Source: Promethearchaeota archaeon
GTDB taxonomy: Archaea > Asgardarchaeota > Lokiarchaeia > Sigyniarchaeales > SOKP01
DNA: 64,000 nucleotides
Direction: 5' to 3'
Assembly (NCBI GenBank): GCA_048940445.1
Contig: JBHLON010000011.1
Coordinates: 1-64,000, forward strand
Below, one piece after another: positions 49,297-59,460 of the stretch. Within the stretch, counting starts at the first letter, position 1. Each line of letters begins with the position of its first letter. A model generated the notes under the pieces. It searched no databases and had not been told where the DNA came from. It saw nothing but the letters and a program-made list of their open reading frames with translations. The translations under genes and the position numbers were made by a program.

Positions 49297-51297
49297 TTAA
49301 TTTTCTACTGAAGTTGGAATTTTTCTTATTACTTTCATCTCTCTCATCCCTATTCCTTTTATTATCTCTTCAAATTGCTTATTCCTATAGTATTTTAGAT
49401 CTAAGGCTTTTGCTGGACAAGATGTGACACATATTCCACAACCTTTACATTTTAATTCATCCACAACTGCAATATTATTGTCATTTACTGTAATAGCTTC
49501 AAATTCGCAAACTTTTTCACATCGATGGCATCCAATACAAAGTTTTTCATTTACTTCTGCGATAATCAATTCTAGACTAACAGTATCATTTGATAATAAG
49601 GTTGAGACCTTACTTGCAGCTGCTAATGCTGTAGAAACTGAATACGGAATATTTTTTGGTCCTGATGCACATCCACAGATGTAGATTCCATTATGTTTCG
49701 TTTCTTGAGGTTTTAGGCAACCATGTATTTCAGAAAGAAATCCATTAGAATCTTTTGCTAACCCCATAACTTTTATGATCTCTTCTGTTCCTTTTGATGG
49801 CACCATCCCCGTCGATAAAACAATTAAATCAAAATCCATGAAATCTACACTATTTGATAACGAGTTATCATAAAATAGTCTCATAGTCCCATTATTATTT
49901 AGTTTTACATCACCCGGTTTACCTTTTATGAAACATATATTTTGCTTTCTTATTTTTCTAAAATATTCTTCATTTCCTTTATCAGTTGTACGTATGTCTA
50001 TATAGAAGATACTAATTTGGGCTTCAGGATATTCTTGTTTCAAAAGTTGAGCATTCTTTAAAGCTACACTGCAGCATACTGCAGAACAATATTGATTGCC
50101 TCTTAAACTTCTTGAGCCAACACATTGTATCATTGCAATATTTTTAGGTACTTTTCCATCAGATATTCTATAAACATGGCCTTCAGTTGGACCAATTGGG
50201 CTTAACAATCGTTCTAACTCAATTTGAGTAATTATATCTGGGTAAATTCCGTACTTATATTCATTTGTTTCCATTACAGGATATTCATCCCATCCTGTGG
50301 CTAAAATTACAGCTCCAATATCAAGCTCAATAATCACTGGTTTTTGTTCTAAGTCAATTGCTTCTGCTGGACATTCTCTTTGGCAATTTTTACAGTTAAT
50401 ACATATTTCCCTATCAATAACTGCATGTTTTGGTATAGCTTGTGGAAAAGGGATATAAATTGCCCCTCTTTCACCTATATATCTGTCAAATTCATTCGGG
50501 ACTTTTATTGGGCATTTTAGAGTGCATAATCCACATCCAGTACATTTTTTTTCATCAACATATCTAGGGTTCTTCCTTATTTTAACCTTATAGCTACCGA
50601 TGATGCCTCCAAACTCAATTACTTCTGCATATGTTATAAGATCTATATTAGGATGCTTTGAAGTGTTAACCATAATTGGTGCTAATACTCAAATGCCACA
50701 ATCATCTGTAGGGAAAATTCGATCGAGTTGTGCCATTTTTCCTCCAATAGTTGGTTCTTTTTCGACTAAATACACCCGTATTCCTTGATTTGCTAAATCT
50801 AAAGCAGCATTCATCCCAGCTATTCCTGCACCAATAACTAAAGCCGTTTTTGTAATCTGGATTTCTTTCTTTGGTATTACTTCCAGTTGCCTTGCTCGAT
50901 TTATTCCCGCAAGCATTAATCTATTTGCTTTCTTTGTAGCTTTTTCTTTATTATCTTGATGTACAAATGAACACTGTTCTCTTAAATTTACCATCTCAAA
51001 ATAATATGGGTTTAATCCTGCTTCTGCTAAGACAGCTCTATATGTGGGTTCATGAATTTTAGGAGTGCAAGCACCAACAACTATTCGATTCAAATTTAAT
51101 TCTGTGATATCATTTTTTATTATCTGTTGCCCTGGATCACTACAAGTGAAGTTATTTATTCTGGCGATAATTACATTTGGCAATTGTTCTACAAATCCTC
51201 TAATTTTGTCACAGTCTACATATGCACTGATATTGACTCCTCATCTACAAATATAAACTCCAATTCTAATTTCATCAATGGTCTGTTTTTCAGACAA
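49297..51297 (-). CDS. hdrA: Selenoprotein heterodisulfide reductase subunit A, about 666 aa, Sec19 and Sec203
   Basis: ORF-track pieces join in one frame through TGA at 51241..51243 (RIGVYICR-U-GVNI) and 50689..50691 (FPTDDCGI-U-VLAPIM); GAGIAG FAD motif, CVGSR, CSAVCC, ferredoxin motifs. Confidence 0.92.
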
Positions 51298-51470
51298 TAA
51301 ATTCACCCTTTCTAGATACCACCCAAAAGTATTCTTTTCATAATTTGATGTACTATTTGCTGCCTTTAAAAATATTAGAGATAATATAATTTTTCTGGTA
51401 TAAACTGAAAATTAAATCTAGAAAAGTATCTTATTAAACCTTTTTATGGAATTTTAAATTTTATTTAAAT

Positions 51471-51653
51471 ATGCCAGAGTCGATGGAGAATATTAAAGAA
51501 GAATTTGCAAAGGAATTCATGTCTGAAGAGGGTATAAAAGGTAAAGCTATAAGAATAAAAATTATCAGACTGATTGATATTGTTGGGTACAACAAAAAAA
51601 AAATTAAGACAGCACTTTTAAAGTCGACTATTACTGATAGAATTACTGAATAG
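51471..51653 (+). CDS. Small hypothetical protein
   Basis: ATG-started ORF with plausible composition upstream of serS. Confidence 0.5.
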   Translation: MPESMENIKEEFAKEFMSEEGIKGKAIRIKIIRLIDIVGYNKKKIKTALLKSTITDRITE

Positions 51654-51762
51654 TGTTTTCATTTAATATTAATATAGAAAATCTAGAAATTCAAAAAATT
51701 TTAATCATTACTAATATAAAGATATTAAGAGTAAGATTTTTGGGAATTTGGTGTTATAATTT

Positions 51763-53061
51763 TTGCTTGATCTTGAGTTATTTAGGACTAACTTACAAGA
51801 AATTATTAAATCAGAGAAATTACGGTTTAAAGATCCTACTAATGCTGAAAAGGTAGTTGAATTCGATAATAAATGGCGTAATCAGAAAGCTAAACTTCAA
51901 AAATTACAACAACAGAGAAATAAGTTATCTCCTCAAATAGGAAGGTTAAAAACTCAAGGAAAAACGGCGGAGGTAAATAAATTAAAACTTGAAGTAAAAA
52001 GTATAAAGAGTCAAATTGAAAATTTAGAGAAAGATGTTAAACAACTTAAGGAAGAACGCGATAAGTATCGATACTTAGTTGGAAATATTCTACATAATTC
52101 AGTTCCAATAGGAAAGAGTGATGAAGATAATGAAATTTTACGAATTGTTGGAAAACAACCTCAATTTAATTTTAAGCCATTGTCTCATGTTGAATTAATA
52201 GAAATAGTTGATGGTGTTAACACCGTAAAAGCTGCTGAAATAGCAGGTTCAAGATTTTATTATTTAAGAGGTGATATTGTATTATTAAATCTTGCTTTAA
52301 TGAAATATGCTTTAGACAAGTTGATCTCTAAAGGGTATAGCCCTTTGTGGACTCCTTTCTTTATCAAATATGACGTTATTAAAGCGGCAGCAGAGTTGGC
52401 AGACTTCGAAGAACAGCTCTATAAAGTTCAAGATGAAGACCTTTATATGATTGCCACATCTGAACAAACATTAGCAGCATTCCATTATGATGAGATATTG
52501 AATCCAGAAATTCTTCCCTTAAAGTATGTTGGAGTATCTTCTTGTTTTAGGCGGGAGGCAGGATCACACGGAAAAGATACTTTGGGAATATTTCGTGTTC
52601 ATCAATTTGAGAAAATAGAACAATTTATTTTATGTAGACCTGAAGAATCATGGACTTTTCATGAGGAGTTACTTTTAAATTCAGAAGAAATTTTTAAAGA
52701 GTTAGAAATTCCTTATAGAGTTGTAAATATAGCTTCAGGTGTATTAAATGATAATGCTGCTAAAAAGTATGATCTTGAAGCTTGGTTTCCTGGTTCACAA
52801 ACATACAGAGAGTTAGTTTCTTGTAGTAATTGTTTAGATTATCAAGCAAGAAAATTAAAGATAAGAATGGGAAAAGTAGGAAGTCAAAAAGAAAAGGAAA
52901 TAGTACATACTTTAAATTCAACTGCAATTGCGACTGAACGTACAATTTGTTGTTTATTAGAAAATTATCAGAATCAAGATCATTCTATTAAGATTCCCAA
53001 AGTTTTACAGAAGTATATGAATGGTAAAAAATTAATTGAATCTATAAGAAAAACGAGTTAA
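51763..53061 (+). CDS. serS: Serine--tRNA ligase
   Basis: N-terminal coiled arm, ATSEQ, FRREAG, FRVHQFEK, ELVSCSNC, HTLN. Confidence 0.97.
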   Translation: MLDLELFRTNLQEIIKSEKLRFKDPTNAEKVVEFDNKWRNQKAKLQKLQQQRNKLSPQIGRLKTQGKTAEVNKLKLEVKSIKSQIENLEKDVKQLKEERDKYRYLVGNILHNSVPIGKSDEDNEILRIVGKQPQFNFKPLSHVELIEIVDGVNTVKAAEIAGSRFYYLRGDIVLLNLALMKYALDKLISKGYSPLWTPFFIKYDVIKAAAELADFEEQLYKVQDEDLYMIATSEQTLAAFHYDEILNPEILPLKYVGVSSCFRREAGSHGKDTLGIFRVHQFEKIEQFILCRPEESWTFHEELLLNSEEIFKELEIPYRVVNIASGVLNDNAAKKYDLEAWFPGSQTYRELVSCSNCLDYQARKLKIRMGKVGSQKEKEIVHTLNSTAIATERTICCLLENYQNQDHSIKIPKVLQKYMNGKKLIESIRKTS

Positions 53062-53062
53062 A

Positions 53063-54295
53063 ATGAGAGAAGTAACTCTAGAAGAATTTGAAAGTTTTTA
53101 TAAGGATAGAATAAATTCTCAGTTTTCAAAGGTCAAAAAAGCTGTTCAAAAGTTAATATCTGAAGTAAGGGATAATCTGATAGAGATTAAGGTTTGTATG
53201 GATCATTTCATTGAAGCAGGACAAGGAAAAATAGAAGAAAAAGCATTGAAATCATTACACTTTTTCTCAGATCGTATTAAAAAAGAAATTGACGAGATAG
53301 AAATCCCTGAAGAAGAATTAAATTATGATAACATAATCAATTTATTAAACTCAATTAAAAGGTTATTCACTAATATAAATGAAATCGCGCGAAAATCTTT
53401 ACCTAAATTTCAGAAAGAAGTTCAACCAGAAATAAAAGAACTTAATTATATTACGCGCAAACTCCAGAAAAAACAAGCCGTTCTAGAGCAATTTCTTAGA
53501 AAAAAATATGATGATCTTAAAGAAGCAGAATATTTATTAAAAAAATTACCTAAATTATTTAGTCTTAGAGAAAATATTGAAAATGCAAAATTGGATTTAG
53601 ATCAATTTGAAAATGAACTACAAACACAGCAAAATTATGCATCAGAATTAAATGAAAAATTAAAACAACTGGAAAAAGATGAACTATTTAAAGATTTAGA
53701 TAAAAAGAGAGACGAACATTTTAAATTAAGAATGAAAATTAATGATCAACTGAGTTTTAAAAAAGCTCTTAAAAAGTTAAAACATGAAATTGAAAGTGAA
53801 ACATTTCACATATCTAATTTTGATGCCGAATTTTTGAAAAATTTCCTTAAAGATCCTATAAAAATTTTAAGTAAAGAAAGAAAAGATTTACCGAATTTTA
53901 CAAATTTATTAGTTCAATTGCGTTATGCATTAGAAGAAAGTAAATTGAATTTAAAAGCTGATACTAAGGAAAAGACTATTGAGCAAATCAATACAATATT
54001 TGAAGGCAAGCAAATACATGAAGATATTGATAAATTAAAAGAAATCAGACAAGAAATTAAAATCTTAGAAGATAAGGTAAGAACTGCTGGATTATTTGAA
54101 GAGTTAGAAGATATAAAAAACAAAATCTCGATTAACACTATTAAATTAGAGCACATTCAGAGCGATTTGGATCGGAAAAATAAAGATTATATGAAGTATT
54201 TGGCGGCATTAAAGGATGAAAGAGAAGGGTTCCAGAAACTACTAGAAGATGTTATAAAAGAAGAGATAAAACTAAGTATAACTTTTTCATTTTAG
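53063..54295 (+). CDS. Long coiled-coil hypothetical protein
   Basis: Heptad-rich; starts 1 nt after the serS stop. Confidence 0.7.
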   Translation: MREVTLEEFESFYKDRINSQFSKVKKAVQKLISEVRDNLIEIKVCMDHFIEAGQGKIEEKALKSLHFFSDRIKKEIDEIEIPEEELNYDNIINLLNSIKRLFTNINEIARKSLPKFQKEVQPEIKELNYITRKLQKKQAVLEQFLRKKYDDLKEAEYLLKKLPKLFSLRENIENAKLDLDQFENELQTQQNYASELNEKLKQLEKDELFKDLDKKRDEHFKLRMKINDQLSFKKALKKLKHEIESETFHISNFDAEFLKNFLKDPIKILSKERKDLPNFTNLLVQLRYALEESKLNLKADTKEKTIEQINTIFEGKQIHEDIDKLKEIRQEIKILEDKVRTAGLFEELEDIKNKISINTIKLEHIQSDLDRKNKDYMKYLAALKDEREGFQKLLEDVIKEEIKLSITFSF

Positions 54296-54299
54296 TGAT

Positions 54300-55031
54300 T
54301 TACAGTTTATAATCTCTTAATTCAAAGACTCTATTATTCTTCAAACTTTTCTTTCTTAGAGAGAGTTTCAAATTCTCTTTTAAAAATTTGTATGTTTCTG
54401 TGGTTGTTAGATTAAGAATCTTTAAATATTCTAATGCTAATGCTAAATCTTGTTTAATATCTATATCAAAACCCGCTCTAAATGAATCATAAATAGCAAT
54501 TTTTAATTTTTTCTCATATGCTTTATTTAATAAAGCGATTAGAGATGGAATATCTGGCTCTGAGAAATAAGTAGGAATAATATTTGGAGGATTTCTTCCT
54601 AAAATAGAGATTCCTGCGGAATGAATTGCAGGACAGACAATTAATTGATTCTTTTTAACAATCGAATCGATTTCGTAAAAATTTTCAACAGATATTAAAA
54701 CTGTGTCTAAAAAGGTGAAAATGGTGCGTTCTGCATTATAGTTTTCAATAGCAATACGATTTAAATCATTAATCACTTTATCAAAAGATTTTCTAGGCTT
54801 AGTGAGTTCTTCTTTAATTGAAATTAATCCATATTCTGAGGCTAAATTTAATATTTCAAAACTATTGCAATATATAATTTTTTCCTTAAAACAATCTACT
54901 TTTTCTAGTTTGAGAGCTAAATCTTTGAACATAGCAATAGTTAATTCTTTAAGTTGCTGCTTCGACAAGCAATCACGAAGTCGTGACTTGGTTCTTGATA
55001 AAGGAGCTACGGGAACTAATAATAAACTCAT
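54300..55031 (-). CDS. cofC: CofC-like 2-phospho-L-lactate/PEP guanylyltransferase (F420 biosynthesis)
   Basis: VP.....KSRL...L.......L..AMF.D and C-terminal FDID...DL; central motifs divergent. Confidence 0.7.
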   Translation of the reverse strand: MSLLLVPVAPLSRTKSRLRDCLSKQQLKELTIAMFKDLALKLEKVDCFKEKIIYCNSFEILNLASEYGLISIKEELTKPRKSFDKVINDLNRIAIENYNAERTIFTFLDTVLISVENFYEIDSIVKKNQLIVCPAIHSAGISILGRNPPNIIPTYFSEPDIPSLIALLNKAYEKKLKIAIYDSFRAGFDIDIKQDLALALEYLKILNLTTTETYKFLKENLKLSLRKKSLKNNRVFELRDYKL

Positions 55032-55102
55032 TATGAACTGACTTATTCAGATTTTAATATTACGTTTAATTAAAAGTAGTTTATAAATTCGTTTAAATAA
55101 TT

Positions 55103-55669
55103 TTATTTTAAATTATTTAAAATTTGAATTGAGAGGCTCTCAAATGCTAGATCTACATTTTTATTTAATTTTGCTGAAGTCTCAAAGAAATCAACCTTTA
55201 ACTTTTTAGCTTTATCCTCAACTAATCCACTTTCAACTTCTCTTCTTAAATCTGATTTATTTCCCACGAGGATGTATGGAATCTCTCCACTTAACTCTTT
55301 CAACTTTGAAATCCAAAAATCTAGATCGTTAAATGATTCAAAAGAATTTAAACTAAAAACCACCATTGCTCCAACTGCTTGAACAAAATAATACTCATTG
55401 GCAAATAGTTTATCTTGTTGACCTCCAACATCCCAGAAGTATAGCTTGAATCCTTTTTGGCTAATATCGCTTCTTAATTCGGGATTTTTAATTTTCAGAT
55501 TATCGATTATTTTGGTTAAGTCTATTTCTTTAATAAGAAAATTAGCCCCAATTGTTTGATGATATTCATCACTAAATTTATTGTCTACATATCGAGCAAG
55601 AAGACTTGTTTTACCTACATTAGGAGATCCAACCATTAATGCTTTTCCTCGATAACTTATGCAAAACAC
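55103..55669 (-). CDS. Rab/Ras-like small GTPase
   Basis: G1 GSPNVGKTS, G2 TIG, G3 WDVGGQ, G4 NKSD, G5 ETSAK. Confidence 0.92.
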   Translation of the reverse strand: MFCISYRGKALMVGSPNVGKTSLLARYVDNKFSDEYHQTIGANFLIKEIDLTKIIDNLKIKNPELRSDISQKGFKLYFWDVGGQQDKLFANEYYFVQAVGAMVVFSLNSFESFNDLDFWISKLKELSGEIPYILVGNKSDLRREVESGLVEDKAKKLKVDFFETSAKLNKNVDLAFESLSIQILNNLK

Positions 55670-55745
55670 CCTAGATTTTTTTAATTGCTTCCCTTAAAGT
55701 TTTGTAATAAATAAAAATTTGTTTTATATATAATTTTTTTGAATT

Positions 55746-56606
55746 TTATGATGTTGGTAATACTTTTTTAGTAATTAATTTTATTTCTTTACATTCTGAG
55801 CTAATAAAATGTTTAAAAAGATGTTCATAACCTACAATTTGTTTTCGAAGTCCGTTTTCTAACCACAACCCCGTGGTATATTCTGGAGCTTCAGTTACTT
55901 GATCCAATGTTGTTAATAAAAAATCATTGTCAGTGATTAATAACCCAAAGGGAATAACACTATCTCCCTCTATTGAATGAAGGGTAACTGAGATCTTCAA
56001 TAATTTTTTAATCTCTTCCTTAAGTGTATCAACATATTTTAAAGCGATGACCATTTGAATATTTGAAGAAAATCTTTTATTCCAAAGCAATTTTAAAATC
56101 CATTCATAGCCTCCTAGTTCTTCCATTAATAAGTCGGGAGTTATAATAAAGTAAATCCTTTTTTCAGCTGCTTCTATTAGTTCTTTAATTTTCTTTCTAA
56201 TTTTTTCTCTTGTGCTTATTGCCCATACTCGAGGCTCTGATTCATCTGTTTCTATTTCTAATTCACTGATCGCTTTTTCAATGATCAGCGTATCATTAAT
56301 TTTTTCTTTATAGTCTTCTCGAATTGATTTAAAAATATTCTCTAAAGGGATAATTTGATAATTTGCGCCACGTTTAACAGGTTCCTTTTGAATGTAACCT
56401 TTTTCTATTAATCTATTTAGACTATCATAAACTCTTGCCCTATCTACACCAGAAAATTTAGCGATATCTGCTGGACTGAGGATTTTATACTTTGCTAAAG
56501 TAATTAATACTTTGGAATCATTTTTCGTAAACCCAAGTGATTGTAAGGCGTCTTCTATTTCAGATTCATCAAGATTCTCAAGTTTTTGGCTGTTTGTCAA
56601 TTTCAT
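55746..56606 (-). CDS. TrmB-family transcriptional regulator
   Basis: LGFT..DSKV..TL, SGVDRARVYDSL.RL.EKG; C-terminal effector domain. Confidence 0.88.
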   Translation of the reverse strand: MKLTNSQKLENLDESEIEDALQSLGFTKNDSKVLITLAKYKILSPADIAKFSGVDRARVYDSLNRLIEKGYIQKEPVKRGANYQIIPLENIFKSIREDYKEKINDTLIIEKAISELEIETDESEPRVWAISTREKIRKKIKELIEAAEKRIYFIITPDLLMEELGGYEWILKLLWNKRFSSNIQMVIALKYVDTLKEEIKKLLKISVTLHSIEGDSVIPFGLLITDNDFLLTTLDQVTEAPEYTTGLWLENGLRKQIVGYEHLFKHFISSECKEIKLITKKVLPTS

Positions 56607-57266
56607 CCTACATAGAAAATTTTCGATCTTGTATAAGAAATCTTATATTTTATATTTTAATTTTGTTATTTAGAAAAAAGCAAGCTGTTTGAAATATTCT
56701 TATATATTAATATTTTTTAAATTTTCCTTTATCTAAATAGGAGATAGCTTTTAAAATGGAGACTTTGAAGTTTTATTTATCACATCCTTATTAGATGATT
56801 TAATGTATTTTGATAAAATGGCAAATTTTTGCCCGAATTATTTTAACTTTAAACATTCTGTTTATAAATGCAATTTAAAGGAATATACAGCTAAAAATAT
56901 AAAATTGGCTTTCATCCTCGAATATTGAATTTTTCAATTTTTTGATTAACTTCAAAATTTTATTTTATTTGATTTGTTAGGGTATAAATTTAATAGATCT
57001 TGTTGAAATTAATACCTCGTAAATATAAGAAATCAGTAAAAATTTATTTTCCGTTTAATAAAAATTAAAAATTTATTTTAATGATGCTATTTTGTCGGTC
57101 TAAATATATTTAGCACCTCTTAGATCTAAAAAATTCAATTAACAGAATTTGCATAAAGTACTATTTCGAAACATAACATTTATATAAGAGAAATGAGTAG
57201 TTAATATTAATTATCAATCAAAAAAAAACAAGAATATAATATAAAACTAAGTGGAGGAATAAAATT

Positions 57267-57521
57267 ATGGCAAAAAAACCTGCATCTAAGTCAAAAGCTG
57301 CACCAAAATCCAAGAAGGGTGAAACTTATATAGCAAAAGCACCTATTAGAAGGTTGATGAAAAAAGAAGGAGCAGATCTAGTTGCTGCTGAAGCCCTAGA
57401 TAAACTCATTGTTTTTCTCGAGAAAAAGGCAGCTGAAACTACAAAAAAGGCTTTAGATATTTGTAAAAAAGATAAACGAAAAAGAGTCACTGCAGCTGAT
57501 GTAAGGAATGCTACCCGGTAA
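57267..57521 (+). CDS. Archaeal histone with Lys-rich N-terminal tail
   Basis: APIRRLMK..GA..V...A....A.....KRKRVTAADV histone fold; GGAGG SD. Confidence 0.9.
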   Translation: MAKKPASKSKAAPKSKKGETYIAKAPIRRLMKKEGADLVAAEALDKLIVFLEKKAAETTKKALDICKKDKRKRVTAADVRNATR

Positions 57522-57570
57522 ATAAGCGTAATTCCTAATTTTTGCAGTTCTATTTTTTTTCTTTTTATTA

Positions 57571-58089
57571 TTAAAAGTTTTCAAAAAATTTTTGATTTAA
57601 AACTTTATTAATTCTTAGTTCTAATTTTTCTTTTACAGAATTTAAACCTTCTGGAACTATTCTTGTTTTCCCTACAATATCTATGTATCCTAATTCCGAA
57701 TTATAGCGTGGTACAACATGAACATGTAAATGTTCTATACTTCCTCCAGCAATCTTTCCTTGGTTAATTCCAATATTATATCCCCTTGGATTGTAGATAT
57801 CGTCCAATAACATTTGAATACCTTGAATTGTTCTCATTAGATGGATTATTTCCGATTTAGTTAGGTCTGTGAATTGTGTAATATGCTTATTTGGAACAAT
57901 CATCAGATGACCTGGATTATAAGGATAAAGATTTAAAGATATAAATAGGATTTTATCCTGGTAAATTTTTAAAGATACAACTCTCTCATCATCGTCTCTC
58001 ACAGAACAGAGTATACACTCCACCCTTGGTCTATTCTCTCCTTGGACATATTCAAGTTTTCCCAAAGCACGTAACCATTTTTTAAAAAT
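57571..58089 (-). CDS. HIT-family Ap4A hydrolase/phosphorylase
   Basis: C.LC, NLYPYNPGHLM, HLHVHVVPR motifs; start uncertain (TTG 58065 or ATT 58089). Confidence 0.9.
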   Translation of the reverse strand: MFKKWLRALGKLEYVQGENRPRVECILCSVRDDDERVVSLKIYQDKILFISLNLYPYNPGHLMIVPNKHITQFTDLTKSEIIHLMRTIQGIQMLLDDIYNPRGYNIGINQGKIAGGSIEHLHVHVVPRYNSELGYIDIVGKTRIVPEGLNSVKEKLELRINKVLNQKFFENF

Positions 58090-58102
58090 TACATCTCACC
58101 AT

Positions 58103-58633
58103 TTATGAATATAATGAAAAATCAGAGCTAAAATCTTTGGATTTTGGAAAATCTTCTGGTTTCATTGTAGATGAGCAATAATCATTCAGAATCATATTAG
58201 AATATGCTGCACAAGTGAATACTTTACGTATACTTCTAAAAAAATCATTTTTTGAAATTAAATCATCTTCATTAAAAAAAAGTTGATCGCTTATCTCATA
58301 TCTATAATTTTGTATGTCAATCCTAAAGAATACATCCTTTATAAGAAAAAATTTTCTTAAATCCATAAAGTAACGCATTTTTTTATTTGCTTTCAAAGAA
58401 TTTAAAGCGGTAATATGTTCAGGAGAAATTTGAATCGGATTCGATATCACAATTAAATTTTTGTTCTTTGGTTTTAAAGCAATCATATTTTGTCCAACAG
58501 GGCTAGGTGGAAATACAAATCGAAATCCAAATTCAAGTTTTTGTTCATTATCTGGTAAATTTTGCCTTAATAATCCCTCTTCTAATAAATATTCTCGGAT
58601 TAAATATTTGATTTTACTTTCATTAACTGGCAT
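58103..58633 (-). CDS. DUF2299-like hypothetical protein
   Basis: I.EYL.EEG and ISKNDFF..I..V pattern. Confidence 0.55.
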   Translation of the reverse strand: MPVNESKIKYLIREYLLEEGLLRQNLPDNEQKLEFGFRFVFPPSPVGQNMIALKPKNKNLIVISNPIQISPEHITALNSLKANKKMRYFMDLRKFFLIKDVFFRIDIQNYRYEISDQLFFNEDDLISKNDFFRSIRKVFTCAAYSNMILNDYCSSTMKPEDFPKSKDFSSDFSLYS

Positions 58634-58716
58634 TTTCTTTAATTTGGTTATAATATCATTTAAAATTAACTTTTTCTAAATAAATAGTGAAAACATTTTT
58701 AGATATAGTTTTGGAT

Positions 58717-59079
58717 CTAATACTTACCTTTTGGTCTGAGTTGTGGCTGAATTCCTGCCTGTCTTAATTTCTTAATATTATTTTCTAAATCTTGAGTTGG
58801 AGTACAATAGATGACTTTTAATGTATCATAATCTATAATTAAGGTACCAACAATTCCCAATCCCATTATTCTATTATCTTTATCAACAAAAGTATGATCA
58901 ATTGCCATCTTTATCGCTTTTTTCGTATTTTCTAGTTCTACTAATTTAGGTTGACACGCTGTGTACCCAGGACCATGATTTTGTAATAAATAGTTCATTA
59001 GGGCGTAATCTAATTCATCTGGGATTTCCCCATTTTCTTCTATAATTTTCATTATTTTTGGAGTTGATTGTTGAGACAT
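58717..59079 (-). CDS. Hypothetical protein
   Basis: ORF within a co-oriented gene string. Confidence 0.65.
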   Translation of the reverse strand: MSQQSTPKIMKIIEENGEIPDELDYALMNYLLQNHGPGYTACQPKLVELENTKKAIKMAIDHTFVDKDNRIMGLGIVGTLIIDYDTLKVIYCTPTQDLENNIKKLRQAGIQPQLRPKGKY

Positions 59080-59104
59080 GTTAAGTTTTCACTCATATAA
59101 TATA

Positions 59105-59365
59105 TTATGTTCTTTTATCGATCTGAACTCTATCTACACTATGTAAAGCACAGTTCATGTCTTCTAAAGCCTCTTTTACGGCATCTAGTGAAAGATCATC
59201 ATCTCCTTTAATGGTAATAAAAACCGAAGTGGTTTTTTGATCAATTTCGTCAACTTTTATCTGTACGAATTTTACACCTGGAATTTCTTCTAGAACTTTT
59301 GCTAGATCAAAATTGTCTGGTTGATGTGGTTTTAACACATCAAGGTCAAATTCTATTCTTCCCAT
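59105..59365 (-). CDS. DUF211 family protein
   Basis: LDVLKPH.P, V.EID..T and HSVD.V motifs. Confidence 0.85.
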   Translation of the reverse strand: MGRIEFDLDVLKPHQPDNFDLAKVLEEIPGVKFVQIKVDEIDQKTTSVFITIKGDDDLSLDAVKEALEDMNCALHSVDRVQIDKRT

Positions 59366-59460
59366 TTTTTAAATTTAAACCCGTTTTATAATAAAAATTG
59401 TATTTTAAGATAAATTTATGTCATTAATAGATTGAATTCTATTTATAATTTTTTTATTTA

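Noticed and set aside
49297-51297. hdrA and vhuD as pseudogenes
   Set aside because: All interruptions are TGA, in frame, at conserved Cys sites, with no frameshifts and a SECIS-like hairpin downstream.
51763-53061. serS next to the selenoprotein operon as a Sec-pathway cluster
   Set aside because: SerRS does charge tRNA-Sec, but no other Sec genes are present and the adjacency may be chance.
56607-57266. Long AT-rich intergenic region as replication origin or ncRNA
   Set aside because: No ORB repeats, cdc6 gene or clear structured RNA recognised.
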